This document shows, piece by piece, positions 60,401 through 64,000 of a stretch of DNA of 64,000 nt; position 1 is the first letter of the stretch; the number at the start of each line of letters is the position of its first letter. The position numbers and the translations under genes were made by a program. Origin of the DNA: Bilabrum cf. latius (taxonomy: Eukaryota); assembly GCA_965178125.1 (NCBI GenBank), contig OZ237775.1, forward strand, positions 62,001-126,000. The letters are read 5' to 3'. The notes beneath the pieces are model-generated. The model saw only the letters and a list, made by a program, of their open reading frames with translations. It was not told the DNA's origin and ran no database searches.

Positions 60401-63400
60401 CGCAAGTACCTTCAGTGATGTGCTTGCGATGGTGCTAGGTCGGTCAGCGGACTCTGCAAGCGTCGGTAAGATGGTGCGTATGGGAGAGGTACGACTGCTG
60501 TTGCTGCTGGATTCTCTCGATAGCTGCTCGCACACTGAGAGCGACAGCTACAAGTGCGCAAGGCAGCTATTGCAGGGTATTGCGCCACCTAGCGTCTCGA
60601 TGGTCGTGTCTTCCCGACCTGTGAATCAGCCCCTGCTACAAGGTGATCAGTGGGCGTTTAGCCGGTGCGTGTAGGTGAAGGGGCTGCCAAGCTCCGAGGT
60701 GGAGGCATTCGTGCGCATTGCAGCAAGTAAGATATCAATGGAAGACTAGGTGGATGCAGTGCTGCAGCAGCTGCAGGCATCGGCTGATATGTGGCGGCAT
60801 GCCCGTGTCCCTGGCCAGCTCGAAATGATGTGTAACATCCTGCTGCGACTGCAGCTGACACAGCAAGACGGTAGCCCAATCAGCACGGCAAGGCCAAGGA
60901 GCGGGACTGCCGCTAGCACCAGCTCCGCGTCGCCCCCCGATAGCCCTCTCAGGGCAAGCTCCGCCACGGTCTCGACTGGAAACTTCACCGCCATGTTCGA
61001 CCTTCACCTGGGCCTGAATCTAGTGCGCATGGACAGCGCCAGGGTGGCAGGGCGGGAGGGACGCAGACAATTGCAGGTCGGTGGATGCAGCCGGCTGCTG
61101 GAGGAGCGGTATTTTTCCAATGCGACCAGTGGCCGAGACGTGCTGCTCGCGGGGCTCGAGTCAACTAGCCGGTTCGCTGAAGTGGCTTCCAAGGCAACGG
61201 TGCGAGCCACGAGATGGCAAATGATCGAAAAAGAGCTGGTAGAGCATGTGGAGAGGGCATAGAAGCTCGGCATGGTCGAGTTCGAGGGCGAGGCGCATCT
61301 CCTGGAAAACTTCCGATTCCCCCATCCTCAGTTCGCTGACCTCACGCTAGCGTGGGTCACGGTGAAGCGTATGCTGGAGGCGTCGGATGGAGTGGATCCA
61401 AAGGTGAGCATTCGGCCTATGCAGCCGTTCCTGGACTTGGTGGAGCGGCGGCAGCATTCTGGCGTGGCTGTCCTAGATGACACTAGTGACGAGGCAGCAA
61501 GCAAGGATCCGGGTAGAAACTCTGTTGAGGTGCCGGCGCTGATCTCCGAGTTGGCAAAGCAAGCAGTTTCTGATCATGGAGATTCTGACAAACCGGGGCG
61601 TCAGCTCAAGTGGCGATTCGTGACCGGGCTGCTCTGCAGGTACTGCTCTCGCCCCGTTGATTCGCGCGGCATGGTCAAGTCTGACAGGCTGGCACTCGAT
61701 ACTCAAATTCTGAGGCTTTGGGTACTTGCACTGGCGATCGAAACATGCACGGTGCTGTAGGAGCCAGCGGATGCGCTGGCAGTGCTCCTGCCACACGTGG
61801 ACGAAATTGCCGGGAGTGCAATGGTCAATGGTGCTTCTCAGGGCCTTGCGCTCGCCGATGTCGTTGGTTCGTCCATTGTGCCCGATATGTACTGCGCTGC
61901 CGTCGCCACCGCTAACCTTGATCTTGCGGCGGCCCTAGCCATTTATCTGGAGGCATAGAGTGGTGCTGCTGGTGACACAGGCGGAACTGACGTGCTATTG
62001 CAGCCGTGTCTGTTGCATAAAGGGTAGCCCGCTGCGGTGGTGCTGTTTGGGCTACTGGATGCGGATCAACTGCTCGAGCTCGAGTAGCTAAAAGCTATTG
62101 TTTTGCGCGGTCTCGCTGTTCAAACTCCTGTGGATGATGGATCGGGCCGACTAGATCTAGATACAAGGGGTGGTGAAGCTTCAGCCGATGCAAAAACTGC
62201 CGATGTGGGAGCTGCTGATGCGACAGCTGCCGATGTGGGAGCTGCTGATGCAACAGCTGCCGATGTGGGAGCTGCCGATGTGGGAGCTGCTGATGCAACA
62301 GCTGCCGATGTGGGAGCTGCCGATGTGGGAGCTGCTGATGCGACAACTGCCGATGTGGGAGCTGCCGATGTGAAAACTGCTGATGTGACAGCTGCCGATG
62401 TGGGAGCTTCCGATGTGGGAGCTTCCGATGTGGGAGCTTCCGATGTGAAAGCCGCCGATGGCAGTGAGGGCACTGGTGATGGTGGGACTGCAGTCGGATG
62501 CTCGTCTGTAGACCAGGCTTTGGCTTTGCCACTGCAGGATGTGCTTGCATCGGTGGTCTCTAATCGCGATTCGAATGTGACCAGAGTCGCGCTTTCGTGG
62601 ATTGCAGAGTCTGAGGCTGATGCGGCCGCGTCAAGAGTTGACTTGCCCGCTCTGATCAAAGTAGCAATAACTCATGGGCGCTGCATGAATGCAGCCATGT
62701 TGCTTGCAGCAGCGTGTCGGTCGTTCCCTGAAGGTAGGTGGCTGGACGCATGCTCCTGTCTGGTTGACGCAGCTACCTCAACAAGCAATGCATTTGCCCT
62801 ACAATCAATCGCGCTTTCTGTGGCGGATCCGGATGTTTGGAAGGCTCTGTGCAGCACCCCGTTCGCTCTGGTGCTCCTCGGCCGCTGCGTCCAGAGGGGC
62901 GATAACGACCGCGGTGGTGACTCGCACGAAGAGAACGAAGCTGCGCGGGGTCGCATTGCAGAAGCACTCATGCAGCAGAGGATCCATCCTGACATGGTAC
63001 CATGGAGACTTACGGACAAAACGCTACGGACCGTAATCGTCCGTCAATCAATTCTGAATACCTGTGGAGTCCTGACTCGTGATGATGAGTCCGCTGTGTC
63101 TGATGGGGATGTGCAGTTGGCCTCTAAAATTGTTGCCTGGACTGCAGTGGCCAGCGAGACAAAGATCTAGCCCGATACCGATGCACCGCTTCAGCGGAAA
63201 CTTCTAGCCGATGCACTGACAAGCCAGGGACCAGTAGAGATCCATCGCGGCCTCATTAGCACTGGATTATTGCTGCACGGGGCAGACGATATGACCTGGC
63301 GATGGCTAGCTGAAGGAATTGTCCGCAAGCAGCGCTCTTGTTCGTGCCTCCTAGAGAAAAGTGCTCCGCCTGTCTGGCAGTTGCAAGCGTACCCTCAGCT

Positions 63401-64000
63401 TGCGGCTCGTGCCCTTAAGGCTGCTTTGCAATGGATGCAAAATCGCGACAACGATAGAGCCGCGGCACCGCGGAGCATCGGATGGCTCGATTTTACCACC
63501 ATTAGTACAGTGAGCCGGGGCGGCGGTGGCACAGCACTCAAGGCGAGCGAGGATGCAACAGGGAGTCTGCGTGAATCCGACTCTTCTTTGAACAAAGTTC
63601 CGCCTCGACCAAAACAAGTGTCGCGCGAGCCTCCCGTGCTCGAGCTCAATATGGCCAATAGTGACCTTGGATCGGGTGGACTTGCACCCGTTGTAGCTAC
63701 CCTTAGGAAGCTATCGTAGCTGGAGACTCTGAACCTGCCCTCCTGCAACCTTCATGACAAGGAGGCGACTGCCTTAGTGGATTGCATGGAGGCCATGACT
63801 AAACTGCTTCGCCTAGATTTGTCAGGTAACTTTATCACAGGGAAGGGCAGTCGTGCAATTGCCGGAGTTTTGTCTAGAATGCCAAACCTGCAACGACTGG
63901 ACCTGTGTGGCATTCAGATAGACTCAGAAGGCGCCTGGGCTCTAGCGTAGTCCTTGACCGTCCATACAAGTCTGAAATACCTTAATGTGTCCTCTACAGG
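57429..64000 (+). CDS. Giant NLR-like protein: N-terminal TM helix, Cys-rich region, NACHT NTPase, pentapeptide repeat and RI-type LRRs (3' end outside window); 13 in-frame TAGs
   Basis: Seven track ORFs are all in one frame, with no TAA or TGA across about 6.6 kb. Walker A GAAGTGKT (about 60234), Walker B LLLLDSLD, VVSSRP, FPHPQF, and LRRs from about 63640 (LRLDLSGNFITGKG, LQRLDLCGIQIDSEGA). The start may be 57429 or 57627. Confidence 0.85.
62197..62460 (+). repeat. 15-bp-unit coding minisatellite (ADVGA/ADATA/SDVGA pentapeptides)
   Basis: Repeated gctgccgatgtggga and gctgctgatgcaaca units. Confidence 0.93.

Overview
Gene-dense, GC-rich nuclear DNA from a microbial eukaryote, with short GT-AG spliceosomal introns near the 5' ends of genes. 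The histone H3 sequence suggests a stramenopile-like host, but that is only an inference. The main result is a non-standard genetic code: TAG is an in-frame sense codon, almost certainly Gln, while TAA and TGA remain stops. About 80 in-frame TAGs (manual count) occur in about 23 genes. Several sit at conserved Gln positions of ferrochelatase, AspRS, HMG-CoA reductase and Tam41, and every gene end I could trace is TGA or TAA. The supplied ORF track uses the standard code and therefore fragments the genes. Read with TAG=Gln, the window holds about 25 genes: MBOAT acyltransferase, CysRS, cytochrome b561-like, WBP11-like, histone-fold NC2beta-like, ferrochelatase, soluble HMG-CoA reductase, Ubl-Ubl-Parkin-RING0-like, a small membrane protein, AspRS, FMR1/FXR-like KH-RGG, GH53, UTP25, SFSWAP-like, VOC-like, three tandem STRA6-like genes (the third frameshifted), GH3, class II (B12) ribonucleotide reductase, LRR-ankyrin, LRRC51-like, Tam41, histone H3, and a >2,190-aa TM-NACHT-LRR (NLR-like) ORF that runs off the window end. 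All family calls come from motifs recognised by eye; no searches were run.
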